DNA of 64,000 nucleotides from an uncultured Verrucomicrobiota bacterium (GTDB taxonomy: Bacteria; Verrucomicrobiota; Kiritimatiellia; JAAZAB01): assembly GCA_964486075.1 (NCBI GenBank), contig CAZALU010000004.1, forward strand, positions 4,016-68,015, written 5' to 3'. Positions within the stretch are counted from its first letter, which is position 1; each line of letters opens with the position of its first letter. The translations under genes were made by a program, and so were the position numbers. Below the pieces are notes generated by a model, which did not search any database, was not told the DNA's origin, and was given only the letters and a program-made list of their open reading frames with translations. Shown one piece after another: positions 19,435 to 29,270 of the stretch.

Positions 19435-20481
19435 TCAATCCTGATGGTCATTTCCGGCAACCGCCGGATTGGTTGCGTGGACGATCCAGTACGGACTGGG
19501 CGGCAACGGGATGCAAGCGGGCTCGACAAAACCGGACTGGATCAGCATGCGCATCAGTTCCGCGCCCTCATAGACCCGCCCGCCTGTGCTCATCAATGCC
19601 ATGTTGAGTGAAAACAAGGTCGAAAAGAGCGGCGCGGCCCCGCCCGGTGCCAGCATCATATCCACGATCCACACCTTGCCGCCGGGACGCAAGGCTGTGC
19701 TAATTTTGGCCAGAATCCGGCTGACGCTATCCGGCTCTTCCTGGTGCACGGCGCCGCAATACAAAACGGCATCGAAAGATCCCGGCAAGGGATCGCTATG
19801 GTAATCGCCCGGATGAAACTCGACCCGGTCCGCGACCGAAGTTTGGCGCACAATTTCCCCGGCCACCTCCAGGATCGGTGGCAAGTCAAACAGGGTAACT
19901 CGCAGATCAGGATATTTTTCCGCCAGCAGGCAACTGAATGTGCCTGGACCGGAAGCAAGATCCAGCAAGCTCCGGCATTCGTCCAAGTTGATGGCCGGTA
20001 AAATCGCTGGCGCCAGGGCCCGGGCGCGACCGTGCATGCCAAGCGTAAAACGGCGGGTGCGCTCTGTCGATTGACCAAGGTGAGCCGTTGGCGGCAGAAC
20101 CGGCGCGCCGGTCCTGATCGTTTGCGCCAAGTGTCCCCATAACGAGTACAGGTCAGTATTGAACTTCAATGCAGCTAGAATGCAATCCGGACTGGCGCGG
20201 CTGAGCAGACGGGCTGCTCCGGGCTCCGGCTTAAAAAGATCATTCTGCCTATGCACCAGGCCCAGCGCTGACAGCGCGCACAATAGTTCTTCCGTATGCC
20301 GCGGGGCAGTGCCCATGGCCTGAGCAGCCGCGGCCGCGGTCAATCCATCCTCTGTCAGCGCCGAAAACAGATCCAGTTCCACCGCCGCCGACAACGCTGC
20401 CGAGTGCCAGTAAGCGGTGGCCAGATCCATCAGACGTTCCATGGTCCAAGGCCGTTTCTGTCCTTTAGTTTTGTCAATCAT
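19435..20481 (-). CDS. class I SAM-dependent O-methyltransferase (OMT with dimerisation domain)
   Basis: N-terminal dimerisation helix LMDLATAYWHSAALSAAVELDLFSAL. SAM motif LDLASGPGTF. Confidence 0.75.
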   Translation of the reverse strand: MIDKTKGQKRPWTMERLMDLATAYWHSAALSAAVELDLFSALTEDGLTAAAAAQAMGTAPRHTEELLCALSALGLVHRQNDLFKPEPGAARLLSRASPDCILAALKFNTDLYSLWGHLAQTIRTGAPVLPPTAHLGQSTERTRRFTLGMHGRARALAPAILPAINLDECRSLLDLASGPGTFSCLLAEKYPDLRVTLFDLPPILEVAGEIVRQTSVADRVEFHPGDYHSDPLPGSFDAVLYCGAVHQEEPDSVSRILAKISTALRPGGKVWIVDMMLAPGGAAPLFSTLFSLNMALMSTGGRVYEGAELMRMLIQSGFVEPACIPLPPSPYWIVHATNPAVAGNDHQD

Positions 20482-20590
20482 TATGCTTTCCGGCAGACAA
20501 CAATGAAGATGTTACCCGAAGATTGCACGTTAATCGTGAGTGATCAGTCCCGTTTGGCATTATTTACGTTGCTATTACGTCATTTTGCGT

Positions 20591-20619
20591 GGATTTTGCA
20601 TGCCACGCATGCAAAATCC
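20591..20619. promoter_or_regulatory. 12-5-12 perfect inverted repeat GGATTTTGCATG-ccacg-CATGCAAAATCC (candidate operator)
   Basis: Perfect palindrome in the divergent intergenic region between the OMT and the PfkB kinase/lplT operon. Confidence 0.4.
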
Positions 20620-20957
20620 GAGTGTTAACAAATCTGAATTTTGAATATGCAGAGCGGATGCGATGATTAATGTTTGTAAAGCAGCCAATATGGTATTCAA
20701 ATCACCGACAGTATAACCACGCGCCGCACAATATGAAACAATTGATTGGTGGCATTAGCCGGAATTATTCGTCAAGCGAGGTATAACTCACCTCTCTGGG
20801 GACGTGACAGAGTTTTTAGGACTGGTAATATGCCGGTGTTATCCAGCGCTGCCCCCCTGAAAAAATATGATGCATTGGATCATAATCTTTGATTTGGCAA
20901 ATGACGACGATATCAGTTAGTATGTCCCATTTTGAAGTTCAAATCAACTGAAGGAGC

Positions 20958-22043
20958 GTGAATATGAGTCTTCAATTGCGCCGCGACTGTAAATATGCGT
21001 TACTGGTCCCAACGAGCATGGGTGTTCGGCTGACGCCCGTCAACCGCCAGCCCTTTCACAGCAGCTCCGAGTTTCATTTGCAAGTGACCAGCGCGGAAAC
21101 GAATGTGGCCAGTGTGGCCGCCTATCTCGGTTTGCCCGTGAAGGTTTTGACCGCCTTCGTCAAGGATAGTCCCGTGGCGCGTCTGATCAAGGATAATCTT
21201 GCCGGCCGGCATATGGATTACGAGGGTCCGGAGGTGGAGCAGGGCGGGCCCTGGGGTTATCGGCACCAATTCAATCTGGCCGATTCCGGGTTTGGTGCGC
21301 GGGGGCCACGTGTGCATAATGACCGTTCCGGCGAGGTGGGGTGTACGCTCAAAGCCGGGGATTTTGACCTGGAACGTATTTTCGGCGAGGAAGGCGTGCG
21401 CATCGTGCATCTCTCCGGACTGATCGGCGCCTTATCGCCCGAAACCAGCCGGTTCTGCCTGGACATTGCGCGTGTGGCAAAACGCTACAAGAGCGCCATA
21501 TGTTTCGATCTCAACTACCGGGCGTCATTCTGGAAGGGCCGTGCAGCGGAGCTGCGCGCCGTGTTTACCGAGATCGCCTCAGCGGCCGATATCCTGCTCG
21601 GCAACGAGGAGGATTTTCAGCTCAGCCTGGGAATCGCGGGGCCCGAGGCCGGCGGCGCGGATCTGGCGGCCAAGATCGAAGGCTTTAAAGGCATGATCGG
21701 GCGCGTACAAAAAGAGTTTCCCACGACCAGGGTTTTCGCTACTTCCTTGCGCGAAGTTATCAGCGCCAATATCCACCGTTGGGGCGCCATCATGACCGAA
21801 GGCGGTCAGTGGCACGTAATTGAACCGCGCGAGATTGAGGTGCTCGATCGCATTGGCGGCGGCGATGGGTTGGCCGGCGGACTGCTCTACGGCATTCTCA
21901 AGGGTTGGCCGCCCGAGAAATGGATCCAGTTCGGCTGGGCCAGCGGAACGCTGGCGGCCACGCTCCTGACCGATTACGCCCAGCCGGCCGACGAGGAGCA
22001 AGTCTGGAGCATCTGGCAGGGCAATGCCCGCGTCAAACGCTAG
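20958..22043 (+). CDS. PfkB-family carbohydrate kinase (2-dehydro-3-deoxygluconokinase-like)
   Basis: NYRASFW (cf. KdgK NYRPRLW) and DRIGGGDGLAGG (DTxGAGDxF signature). Confidence 0.7.
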   Translation: MNMSLQLRRDCKYALLVPTSMGVRLTPVNRQPFHSSSEFHLQVTSAETNVASVAAYLGLPVKVLTAFVKDSPVARLIKDNLAGRHMDYEGPEVEQGGPWGYRHQFNLADSGFGARGPRVHNDRSGEVGCTLKAGDFDLERIFGEEGVRIVHLSGLIGALSPETSRFCLDIARVAKRYKSAICFDLNYRASFWKGRAAELRAVFTEIASAADILLGNEEDFQLSLGIAGPEAGGADLAAKIEGFKGMIGRVQKEFPTTRVFATSLREVISANIHRWGAIMTEGGQWHVIEPREIEVLDRIGGGDGLAGGLLYGILKGWPPEKWIQFGWASGTLAATLLTDYAQPADEEQVWSIWQGNARVKR

Positions 22044-22046
22044 CAT

Positions 22047-23303
22047 ATGACAAACGAATCCCAAAACCAGCTCATCCGCCAGGCGCGCAGCAAGTTTGCG
22101 GCCATTGCCGGCGCTTTTTCCTTCGGGGTGTTCAACGATAATTTCTACAAGCAGGCCGTCCTGATCCTGGCCGTGGCGATTGGCAGCACTTCCATGCAAG
22201 GTTATGCGCTGGCGGTGTTCACCTTTCCATTTCTGCTCTTTGCGGCGCCGGCCGGCTGGCTCTCCGACCGGTTCGCCAAGCGACACGTGATCATCAGTTG
22301 CAAATGGCTGGAATTATTGGCCATGGTGCTGGGCGCCATCGGCGTCATGACCGGTCGCTGGCCGCTGATTTTCGGCATGCTGGCCGTAATGGGATTCCAA
22401 GCGACGCTTTTCAGCCCGGCGCTGAACGGGTCCATCCCGGAATTGTATCCAGTCGGCTACGTCATCCGCGCCAATGCTTTTTTACGGATGGCCTCAACCT
22501 CTTCCATTCTCCTGGGCGTTGCGCTGTCGGGGATCGTGCTTGACCGGCCCGGCTACATAATGGGAGTCGAAGCCGGCCGCTACTATGTGGGCGTCAGTGT
22601 CCTGGGCGTGGCCTTGGTGGGGCTGCTTCTGAGCTATGGTGCCCCTTTCAAGCCTCCGGCTTGTGCCAGCCGGCCTTTTCCATGGGCTGGTCCGTGGGAT
22701 ACGCTGAAGAGCATGCGTGAGATCCTGCGCGATAAACTGCTTACCATCGGATTGGCGGCCGATGTCTTCATCTGGTTCGCGGGCTCGATTCAGATCCTGA
22801 TTATTAATCCTTTGGGGATCCAGCAATTCCAGCTCAGTAAAACCGCGACCAGTTTTTTGATCGTGACACAGCTGCTGGGGATCGTTATCGGCGGGCTGGC
22901 CAGCCCCAAGCTGGTGACGCCGGAGCGCTGGCACCGGATTTTGCCGTCGTCCGGAATCGGCATGGGCCTGGTCATGCTCGCGATGGCCGCGCTGCCGCTG
23001 CTGCCGGAGGCATTCATCCTGCCGACGCTATACGGCTTGATAGCCATGGCCGGGCTCTTCGGTGGAATGTTTCTGATCCCGGTGGAAAGTTTTCTGCAGA
23101 TTCGGGCGGATCCGACGAAGAAAGGCGAAGTCTGGGCCACCGCCAATTTCGCCGTGTTCACTGGCATACTCCTTTCCGGGCCGTTATCCAACTTGATGCA
23201 TGTCTTGTGGCAGCCGACCACTTCCATGGGGATCATCGGTCTGTTCACGCTGGCGCTGAGCCTGGTCTTGTGGGCCGTGATCCGACGTACGCGCTGGGAA
23301 TGA
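22047..23303 (+). CDS. lplT: MFS lysophospholipid transporter LplT-like
   Basis: FNDNFYKQAVLILA ... FAAPAGWLSDRFAKRHVII parallels E. coli LplT FGDNALLFATLALL ... FAPFVGQVADSFAKGRVMM. 12 TM. Start 3 nt after the kinase stop. Confidence 0.7.
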   Translation: MTNESQNQLIRQARSKFAAIAGAFSFGVFNDNFYKQAVLILAVAIGSTSMQGYALAVFTFPFLLFAAPAGWLSDRFAKRHVIISCKWLELLAMVLGAIGVMTGRWPLIFGMLAVMGFQATLFSPALNGSIPELYPVGYVIRANAFLRMASTSSILLGVALSGIVLDRPGYIMGVEAGRYYVGVSVLGVALVGLLLSYGAPFKPPACASRPFPWAGPWDTLKSMREILRDKLLTIGLAADVFIWFAGSIQILIINPLGIQQFQLSKTATSFLIVTQLLGIVIGGLASPKLVTPERWHRILPSSGIGMGLVMLAMAALPLLPEAFILPTLYGLIAMAGLFGGMFLIPVESFLQIRADPTKKGEVWATANFAVFTGILLSGPLSNLMHVLWQPTTSMGIIGLFTLALSLVLWAVIRRTRWE

Positions 23304-23449
23304 AAGGCAGGATGAGGATTCAAGTGTTCAGGCAGAGGGGGTGAGTTCCAAGGATGTGATATTGCACTATGGAGTCCATCTCCCATGACTACCGTTCCCG
23401 ACCGCATAAATGCCGTTAACCATTACGAAAGTAATCGAGGAAACACATT

Positions 23450-24067
23450 ATGAATAAGACAGCATCCGGGTTGGTTGCCAACTTGGAGGCGGGCCGGAAG
23501 CAGACTATCGTATGCTACGGGACAAGCCTGACGGCGGGCGGAGCATGGTTGCAACAACTGGCGGCGGAGTGCGAGCTCCGTTATCCAGGGCGAGCTACGG
23601 TAATCAACAGCGGAGAGGGCTCGATGTGGTCCAAGTGGGGAGTCGATAATCTGGATGAGCGGGTACTCGCCAAGAAGCCCGATACGGTTTTTATCGAATT
23701 CTCTATCAACGACGCCTTTCTGGAATATAAAACGTCCGTGCCCCAGGCGCGTGCCAATTTGATCAATATGATAGAGCGCATTATCGCGGCGTATGAATCA
23801 TGCGCGATTATCCTGCTGATCATGAACCCGCCGATCGGGGTGCACCTGGAAGCGCGACCGGCAATCGAGGCCTACAACCAGATGTATCGTGAAGTCGCGG
23901 CGCAGCGGCATTTGACGCTCATCGATCATTACCCCAATTGGCAGAAGATGCTGCAGAACGAGCCGGCACTATTTTCGGCCTATGTGCCCGACGGCATCCA
24001 TCCCAACGTCGCAGGCTGTCAGGTTGTCATTACGCCGGCCATTCTGCGAGGGTTGGGAATGGAATGA
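23450..24067 (+). CDS. SGNH/GDSL-family hydrolase (putative lysophospholipase/esterase)
   Basis: Block I CYGTSLTAGG (GDSx variant). Block V DGIHPN. Confidence 0.7.
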   Translation: MNKTASGLVANLEAGRKQTIVCYGTSLTAGGAWLQQLAAECELRYPGRATVINSGEGSMWSKWGVDNLDERVLAKKPDTVFIEFSINDAFLEYKTSVPQARANLINMIERIIAAYESCAIILLIMNPPIGVHLEARPAIEAYNQMYREVAAQRHLTLIDHYPNWQKMLQNEPALFSAYVPDGIHPNVAGCQVVITPAILRGLGME

Positions 24068-24289
24068 TCGCTGGCAGCTATGATGGACTGTAGGGCGGGC
24101 AGGTTACCGGGCAGCCGCCCATACGCGTCAACCTGATTAATGAGGAAGATAGAGGACAGGCGCATCGTCTTAAGGATAAGCCGTACCACTATGAAGACAC
24201 AAAGGTGGATCGCGTTGTCTCTAACGCGCTTTCAGTTTGGGACGGCACAGGGAATTGGCAGGCACGCGTAAGGACCGGGGAATACACCC

Positions 24290-27052
24290 ATGATGAACAT
24301 GCTCTGCTGGCTGACGCAAATCATTCTGCGCTTGCGGTACCGCATCCGTCTGGCGGGTCTGGAGGATATCGCGGTCAGGGGGACGCAGGGCATTCTGTTC
24401 CTGCCCAATCATCCCGCGCTGATCGATCCGGTGATGATTGTGACGGCCCTGCGCCGCCGGTTCGGGCCGCTGGTCCTGGCCGATAGGGACCGGGTCAACA
24501 TTCCCGTGATCCGTCATCTGTTTGCCCGCCTGGGCGTGCTACCGATCCCGGATCCTGCGCAGTGCGGCGTTGCCGGAAGGGCAGCGATCGAGCAGGCCAT
24601 TCAGGATTGTATCCGCGCCGTCCGGCGCGGAGACAACCTTCTGTTCTGGCCGGCGGGCCGGATTTACCGGAGTCGGCTTGAGGACCTGGGCGGTAACAGC
24701 CTTTTAGAAACCTTGGTCAAGGCTGCGCCGGATATCCGTGTGGTGCTGGTCCGGACCCGCGGGTTGTGGGGGAGTCGGTTCGGGAGCGCGCCAGCCGGCG
24801 CGCCGCAGATGGGCCGAGTTTTTCTGAAGGGTGCGGCCGCTCTCCTGGCCAACGGCCTATTTTTTCTGCCCCGCCGGGAAGTATCCATTGAACTGACCGA
24901 ACCCGCCGACCTGCCGCGCGATGCTGATAGAGCCGGGCTGAACCGGTACCTGGAGGCATTTTACAACCAGTCCGCACCGTCCAACACTTACGTGCCTTAT
25001 TTCTTCTGGGAACGTGGCGGAACGCGAACTGTGCCGGAGCCGGTTGCCGGGCGAATGGACGGAGAAGAGGAGGATGTTTCAGACGCGACACGGGAAATAG
25101 TGGTCGCCCACCTCAAGGAAGTCAGTGGTGTGCGAGTCATCAAGGACACCGCTCATCTGGCGCGCGATTTGAGCATGGATAGCCTGGTGCGCGCGGAACT
25201 TGCTCCATGGCTGGAGCAGGAATTCGGGTTTGCCGTGGCGGAGATAGAATCTCTGCAAACCGTTTCCGACGTGTTGCTGGCGGCCCAAGGAGTTGTGCGG
25301 GCCGTCGGACCAATCACGCTCAAGCCGATTCCCGCCAGGTGGTTTGGCCTTCAATCCGAACGCAATCCTTCAATCCCGGACGGCCACGACGGAGCGTGGC
25401 CCTCCAACAATCAGTCCAAACGGCTGCGTTCTTGGTGGAGCGACGCGCTCTGTCGAATCCGTCCTGATTTTTTCAAGTGTTGCTCCCGTGCCGATTCGAC
25501 ATTCCCGCTGGTCCCGGAAGGCGTCACTCTGACGGAGGTGTTTTTGGCGCAAGCCCGGCGTTGTCCGGGCCAGCCGGCCATGGCCGACCAGATGCGCGGG
25601 GTGCTGACCTATCGCGACATCCTTACAGCCATCATGGCGTTGAAGCCGGCGTTGACGGCGTTGGAAGGTGAATACCTCGGCATCATGTTGCCGGCTTCGA
25701 CGGGTGCTGCCGTCGTCTATCTGGCGGCGTTGTTTGCGGGTAAAATCCCGGTGATGGTCAATTGGACCTCCGGCGCCGACACGATCGTTCGCTCTCTGGA
25801 CCTGCTTGGCGTTAGACGCATCGTCACGGCGCAGGCCTTGATCGCCCGACTTGCGGCGCAAGGCATCGATCTTTCTGCGATCCATGATCGGCTGGTGCCG
25901 ATGGAAGAAATCGGACGCCGGATAACCTGGCTCGCCAAACTCGCCGCCTGGCTTGGCGCGCGGCTCAAGCCGGGTTCGCTGGGTAAGGGGACGGTTCAGA
26001 AAACAGCGGTTGTGTTGTTTACCAGCGGATCGGAAAGTTTTCCCAAGGCCGTGCCCCTGACCCATGCGAATATTTTAGCCAATATCCGGGATGTTGCCGG
26101 TTTTTATCAGTTTTTGCCGACGGATCGCATGCTTGGAATGCTGCCGCCCTTTCATTCCTTCGGCCTGACCTGTTCCATGCTGTTTCCGCTGTGCGCCGGA
26201 TTGCGGGTGGTGTTCCATCCCAACCCGACCGAGGGCGCCCACCTGGCGCGGATTATCGAGGCTTATGGTGTCAGCCTGCTAATCGGCACCCCTACTTTCC
26301 TAAACGGCATCATCCGCGTCGCCGAGGATCGACAGTTAAAAACCTTGCGTAAGGTGGTGGCCGGCGCCGAAAAATGCCCGGCGAAAGTTTATGAAGCCGT
26401 TAGCCACCGCTGGCCGCACCTGGCGATTCTGGAGGGCTACGGCATTACCGAATGCTCGCCCGTGGTTGCCGTTAATGATGAGTACGATCCTCAGCCCGGC
26501 ACCATTGGCAAGGCGTTGCCGTCGGTGGAGTATGTCATCCGCGCGATGGAGGGTGGGGGACGTGTGGCACCGGGCCAGCCGGGCATGCTGCTGGTGCGTG
26601 GGCCAAGCATTTTCGAAGGCTACCTGCATTATGACGGCCCGTCGCCGTTCGAGGAGTTCGAGGGTAAGTCCTGGTACCGGACCGGCGACCTGGTAAAGGA
26701 AGGGGCCGGTGGGGTGTTGACGTTTACAGGGCGCTTGAAGCGTTTTATCAAGTTGGGCGGCGAGATGATTTCCCTGCCGGCTATCGAAGACGTGCTGGTG
26801 CGCGCCTTTGCGTCCGGCGCGGAACAGGCCGAAGGCCAGACGCTGGCGGTGGAGGGCGCGCCGGTCGAAACCAATCCGGATATCGTCCTCTTCGCCACCC
26901 GGGACATCGGCCGTGACGAAGCCAACCGGGCGATCCGTGCCGCGGGGCTTTCCCCGCTGCACAACATCCGCCATATCCGACGGGTACAGGCGATCCCGGT
27001 GCTGGGCACAGGCAAGACCGACTATCGCGCCCTGCGTGCCATGCTTGGCTAG
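24290..27052 (+). CDS. aas: trifunctional Aas-like protein: PlsC-type acyltransferase + acyl-carrier (PP-binding) domain + acyl-ACP synthetase/AMP-ligase
   Basis: Acyltransferase motifs PNHPALIDP (HX4D) and FWPAGR. Carrier motif DLSMDSL. Adenylation motifs LFTSGSESFPKAV, YGITE, WYRTGDL, GRLKRFIKLGGE. Confidence 0.8.
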   Translation: MMNMLCWLTQIILRLRYRIRLAGLEDIAVRGTQGILFLPNHPALIDPVMIVTALRRRFGPLVLADRDRVNIPVIRHLFARLGVLPIPDPAQCGVAGRAAIEQAIQDCIRAVRRGDNLLFWPAGRIYRSRLEDLGGNSLLETLVKAAPDIRVVLVRTRGLWGSRFGSAPAGAPQMGRVFLKGAAALLANGLFFLPRREVSIELTEPADLPRDADRAGLNRYLEAFYNQSAPSNTYVPYFFWERGGTRTVPEPVAGRMDGEEEDVSDATREIVVAHLKEVSGVRVIKDTAHLARDLSMDSLVRAELAPWLEQEFGFAVAEIESLQTVSDVLLAAQGVVRAVGPITLKPIPARWFGLQSERNPSIPDGHDGAWPSNNQSKRLRSWWSDALCRIRPDFFKCCSRADSTFPLVPEGVTLTEVFLAQARRCPGQPAMADQMRGVLTYRDILTAIMALKPALTALEGEYLGIMLPASTGAAVVYLAALFAGKIPVMVNWTSGADTIVRSLDLLGVRRIVTAQALIARLAAQGIDLSAIHDRLVPMEEIGRRITWLAKLAAWLGARLKPGSLGKGTVQKTAVVLFTSGSESFPKAVPLTHANILANIRDVAGFYQFLPTDRMLGMLPPFHSFGLTCSMLFPLCAGLRVVFHPNPTEGAHLARIIEAYGVSLLIGTPTFLNGIIRVAEDRQLKTLRKVVAGAEKCPAKVYEAVSHRWPHLAILEGYGITECSPVVAVNDEYDPQPGTIGKALPSVEYVIRAMEGGGRVAPGQPGMLLVRGPSIFEGYLHYDGPSPFEEFEGKSWYRTGDLVKEGAGGVLTFTGRLKRFIKLGGEMISLPAIEDVLVRAFASGAEQAEGQTLAVEGAPVETNPDIVLFATRDIGRDEANRAIRAAGLSPLHNIRHIRRVQAIPVLGTGKTDYRALRAMLG

Positions 27053-27111
27053 ATTAAACATCGTTTTGAATGTGAATGCGGATTTTAGTGTTCAGTAAAT
27101 AAGGGGGGAGC

Positions 27112-28023
27112 ATGTATCAGATTAACCAGCAAAGCCAAGCTGCGCAGACCACCTCGCTTTCTTCCTCGTTTGTGTCCTGCCTGATCCCTGCGTATAACGA
27201 AGGTCGCAATATTGGCCGCGTTCTGGAAGTGGTGTGTAAATTATCGTTGTTGGATGAAATCATCGTGCTGGATGACGGCTCCTCGGACGATACGGCTGCA
27301 GTCGTGAGCCGGTATCAACAAAAAACCAAAGCCTTAAAAATATTGGCTTCTGCGGTCAATTGCGGCAAAACCGCTACGATCCGACGCGGTGTGCAAGCTT
27401 GTCGCGGAGACTTGGTTGTCATCATAGATTCGGACCTGATCAATTTAACACCACACAATGTCGGCGAATTAGTTGCGGCGATTACAGATCAAGCCTGCGA
27501 CCTGGCCATCCTGGACCGGGCCGGCGATCGGAAAGCTATCTGGGGTTGGACGAATTGCGCCCGGTTCTTTGGCGGGGAACGAGCTTTTCGCAAGCGGGAT
27601 TTCCTGCAAATAGAATTCTCTGAACGAGGCGGATTTTTGCTGGAAATAATCATGAATTTGTATTTTATCCGAAGCCGTAAAAAAATAAAAACTATTTTTT
27701 GCGACAACCTGTTCACCGTACACGATTATCATAAACGCGGGTTATGGCAGGGCGTGCAACATTATTGGCAAATCAGCAGAGACATACTGGCGGTCTCCGG
27801 GGTGATCGATTTCTTGAAACAAGTCTACCACATCGAGGAGGACCGCTTGGCACGATTGTACCGCTGGCAAGAGCGGCCTTGCCTCAAACCTGTGACCTTT
27901 CTGATGATCCCGCTCGCCGGGCTGTGTTACGGCTGGCTGACCTTCCTGCAATTAAATTGCGCCGGGCTCGCCCCCAAACGGCGTAAAAACCAGCCCGCCC
28001 CAAGCGGCGACCTTGTCCGATAG
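27112..28023 (+). CDS. family-2 glycosyltransferase (DPM1-like)
   Basis: CLIPAYNEGRNIGRVLEVV ... LDDGSSDDT ... IDSD motifs. Confidence 0.7.
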   Translation: MYQINQQSQAAQTTSLSSSFVSCLIPAYNEGRNIGRVLEVVCKLSLLDEIIVLDDGSSDDTAAVVSRYQQKTKALKILASAVNCGKTATIRRGVQACRGDLVVIIDSDLINLTPHNVGELVAAITDQACDLAILDRAGDRKAIWGWTNCARFFGGERAFRKRDFLQIEFSERGGFLLEIIMNLYFIRSRKKIKTIFCDNLFTVHDYHKRGLWQGVQHYWQISRDILAVSGVIDFLKQVYHIEEDRLARLYRWQERPCLKPVTFLMIPLAGLCYGWLTFLQLNCAGLAPKRRKNQPAPSGDLVR

Positions 28024-28058
28024 AGCTGATTTGATATCGGCTATATTTTTGGCTAGAA

Positions 28059-29270
28059 ATGTTAAAAATTATACATGTGGATATGGACGCCTTTTATGCG
28101 GCCATCGAAGCCCTGGACCATCCGGAATGGCGCGGGCTGCCCCTGGTCGTCGGGGCGGCGCCGGATCGACGCGGGGTGGTCTCCACCTGTTCCTACGAGG
28201 CCCGGCGGTATGGCATTCATTCCGCCATGCCGTCGCGGACCGCCGGCAAATTATGTCCGCAGGCCGTATTCGTGGCGCCTCGCATGGAACGCTATGGCGA
28301 AATTTCCTCGCAGATCATGGCGATTTTTGAGGAGTTTACACCACTGATTGAGCCGCTCTCGCTGGACGAGGCTTTTCTGGATGTCAGCGGGGCGCTGCGC
28401 ATATTCGGAGACGCGCTGAGCATTGCCGGAGAATTGAAGAGGCGCATCAAGACCCGGCTGGGCTTGACGGCCTCGGTGGGAATCGCTTTTAATAAGTTCC
28501 TGGCCAAGATGGCCAGTGATATGAATAGGCCCGACGGCTTGACCGTGGTTCCCGTGGCCGAGCCGGAAATCATGGCTTTCCTGGCCCCGCTCCCGGCAAC
28601 CAAAATGTGGGGAATCGGTAAAGTCACCGGCACTCGTCTGGCCAAGGCAGGCATCCGGAGAATTGGTCAATTACAGGCCCTTGATGTTGAAAAATTGGGG
28701 CGTCTGTTCGGCAAAGCGCGGGCGGTCGAAATGTATGACCTGGTCCGGGGCCGCGATCACCGGCCCGTCATAACCCATTGGGAAGAAAAAAGCATTTCCA
28801 ATGAACACACGTTTGCCGATGATGAAAGCGATCTGGAATTGGTCCGTCAGCGCCTGTTAGAGCTGGTCGAGGAAGTTGGCCGACGTTTGCGCCAAGCCTG
28901 TAAACTGGCCGGGACAGCTCAGATCAAATTACGCTTTGGCGATTTTTCAACCATCACCCGGCAAAAATCTTTTGCAACACCGATTAATAGTGATCGCCGA
29001 CTGATTGCCTGCGCGTTGGCCTTGTTCGAGCGGGAGTGTGTACAACGGCCCATCCGACTGGTGGGGTTCGGTGTGAGCAATCTTGCGGCACCGGACCGGG
29101 ATGTTCCGGCACAGCAATTCCTGTTTGCGGAATTAGCCGGCAAAGGACTGGATGACCGAAACCAGCGGCTGGACCGGGCGGTGGATGCGTTGCGTGGTTC
29201 CTTTGGCAGCTCTGCTGTTCAACGCGGGAAACAGGCAAGCGTTTGTGCGGATCCTGAAAGGCAACCATGA
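28059..29270 (+). CDS. dinB: DNA polymerase IV
   Basis: KIIHVDMDAFYAAIE N-terminus, Y-family palm/fingers motifs, length 403 aa. Confidence 0.9.
   Translation: MLKIIHVDMDAFYAAIEALDHPEWRGLPLVVGAAPDRRGVVSTCSYEARRYGIHSAMPSRTAGKLCPQAVFVAPRMERYGEISSQIMAIFEEFTPLIEPLSLDEAFLDVSGALRIFGDALSIAGELKRRIKTRLGLTASVGIAFNKFLAKMASDMNRPDGLTVVPVAEPEIMAFLAPLPATKMWGIGKVTGTRLAKAGIRRIGQLQALDVEKLGRLFGKARAVEMYDLVRGRDHRPVITHWEEKSISNEHTFADDESDLELVRQRLLELVEEVGRRLRQACKLAGTAQIKLRFGDFSTITRQKSFATPINSDRRLIACALALFERECVQRPIRLVGFGVSNLAAPDRDVPAQQFLFAELAGKGLDDRNQRLDRAVDALRGSFGSSAVQRGKQASVCADPERQP

Noticed and set aside
25370-26065. 231-aa minus-strand ORF
   Set aside because: Antisense to the adenylation domain of the Aas-like gene, whose motifs are unambiguous.
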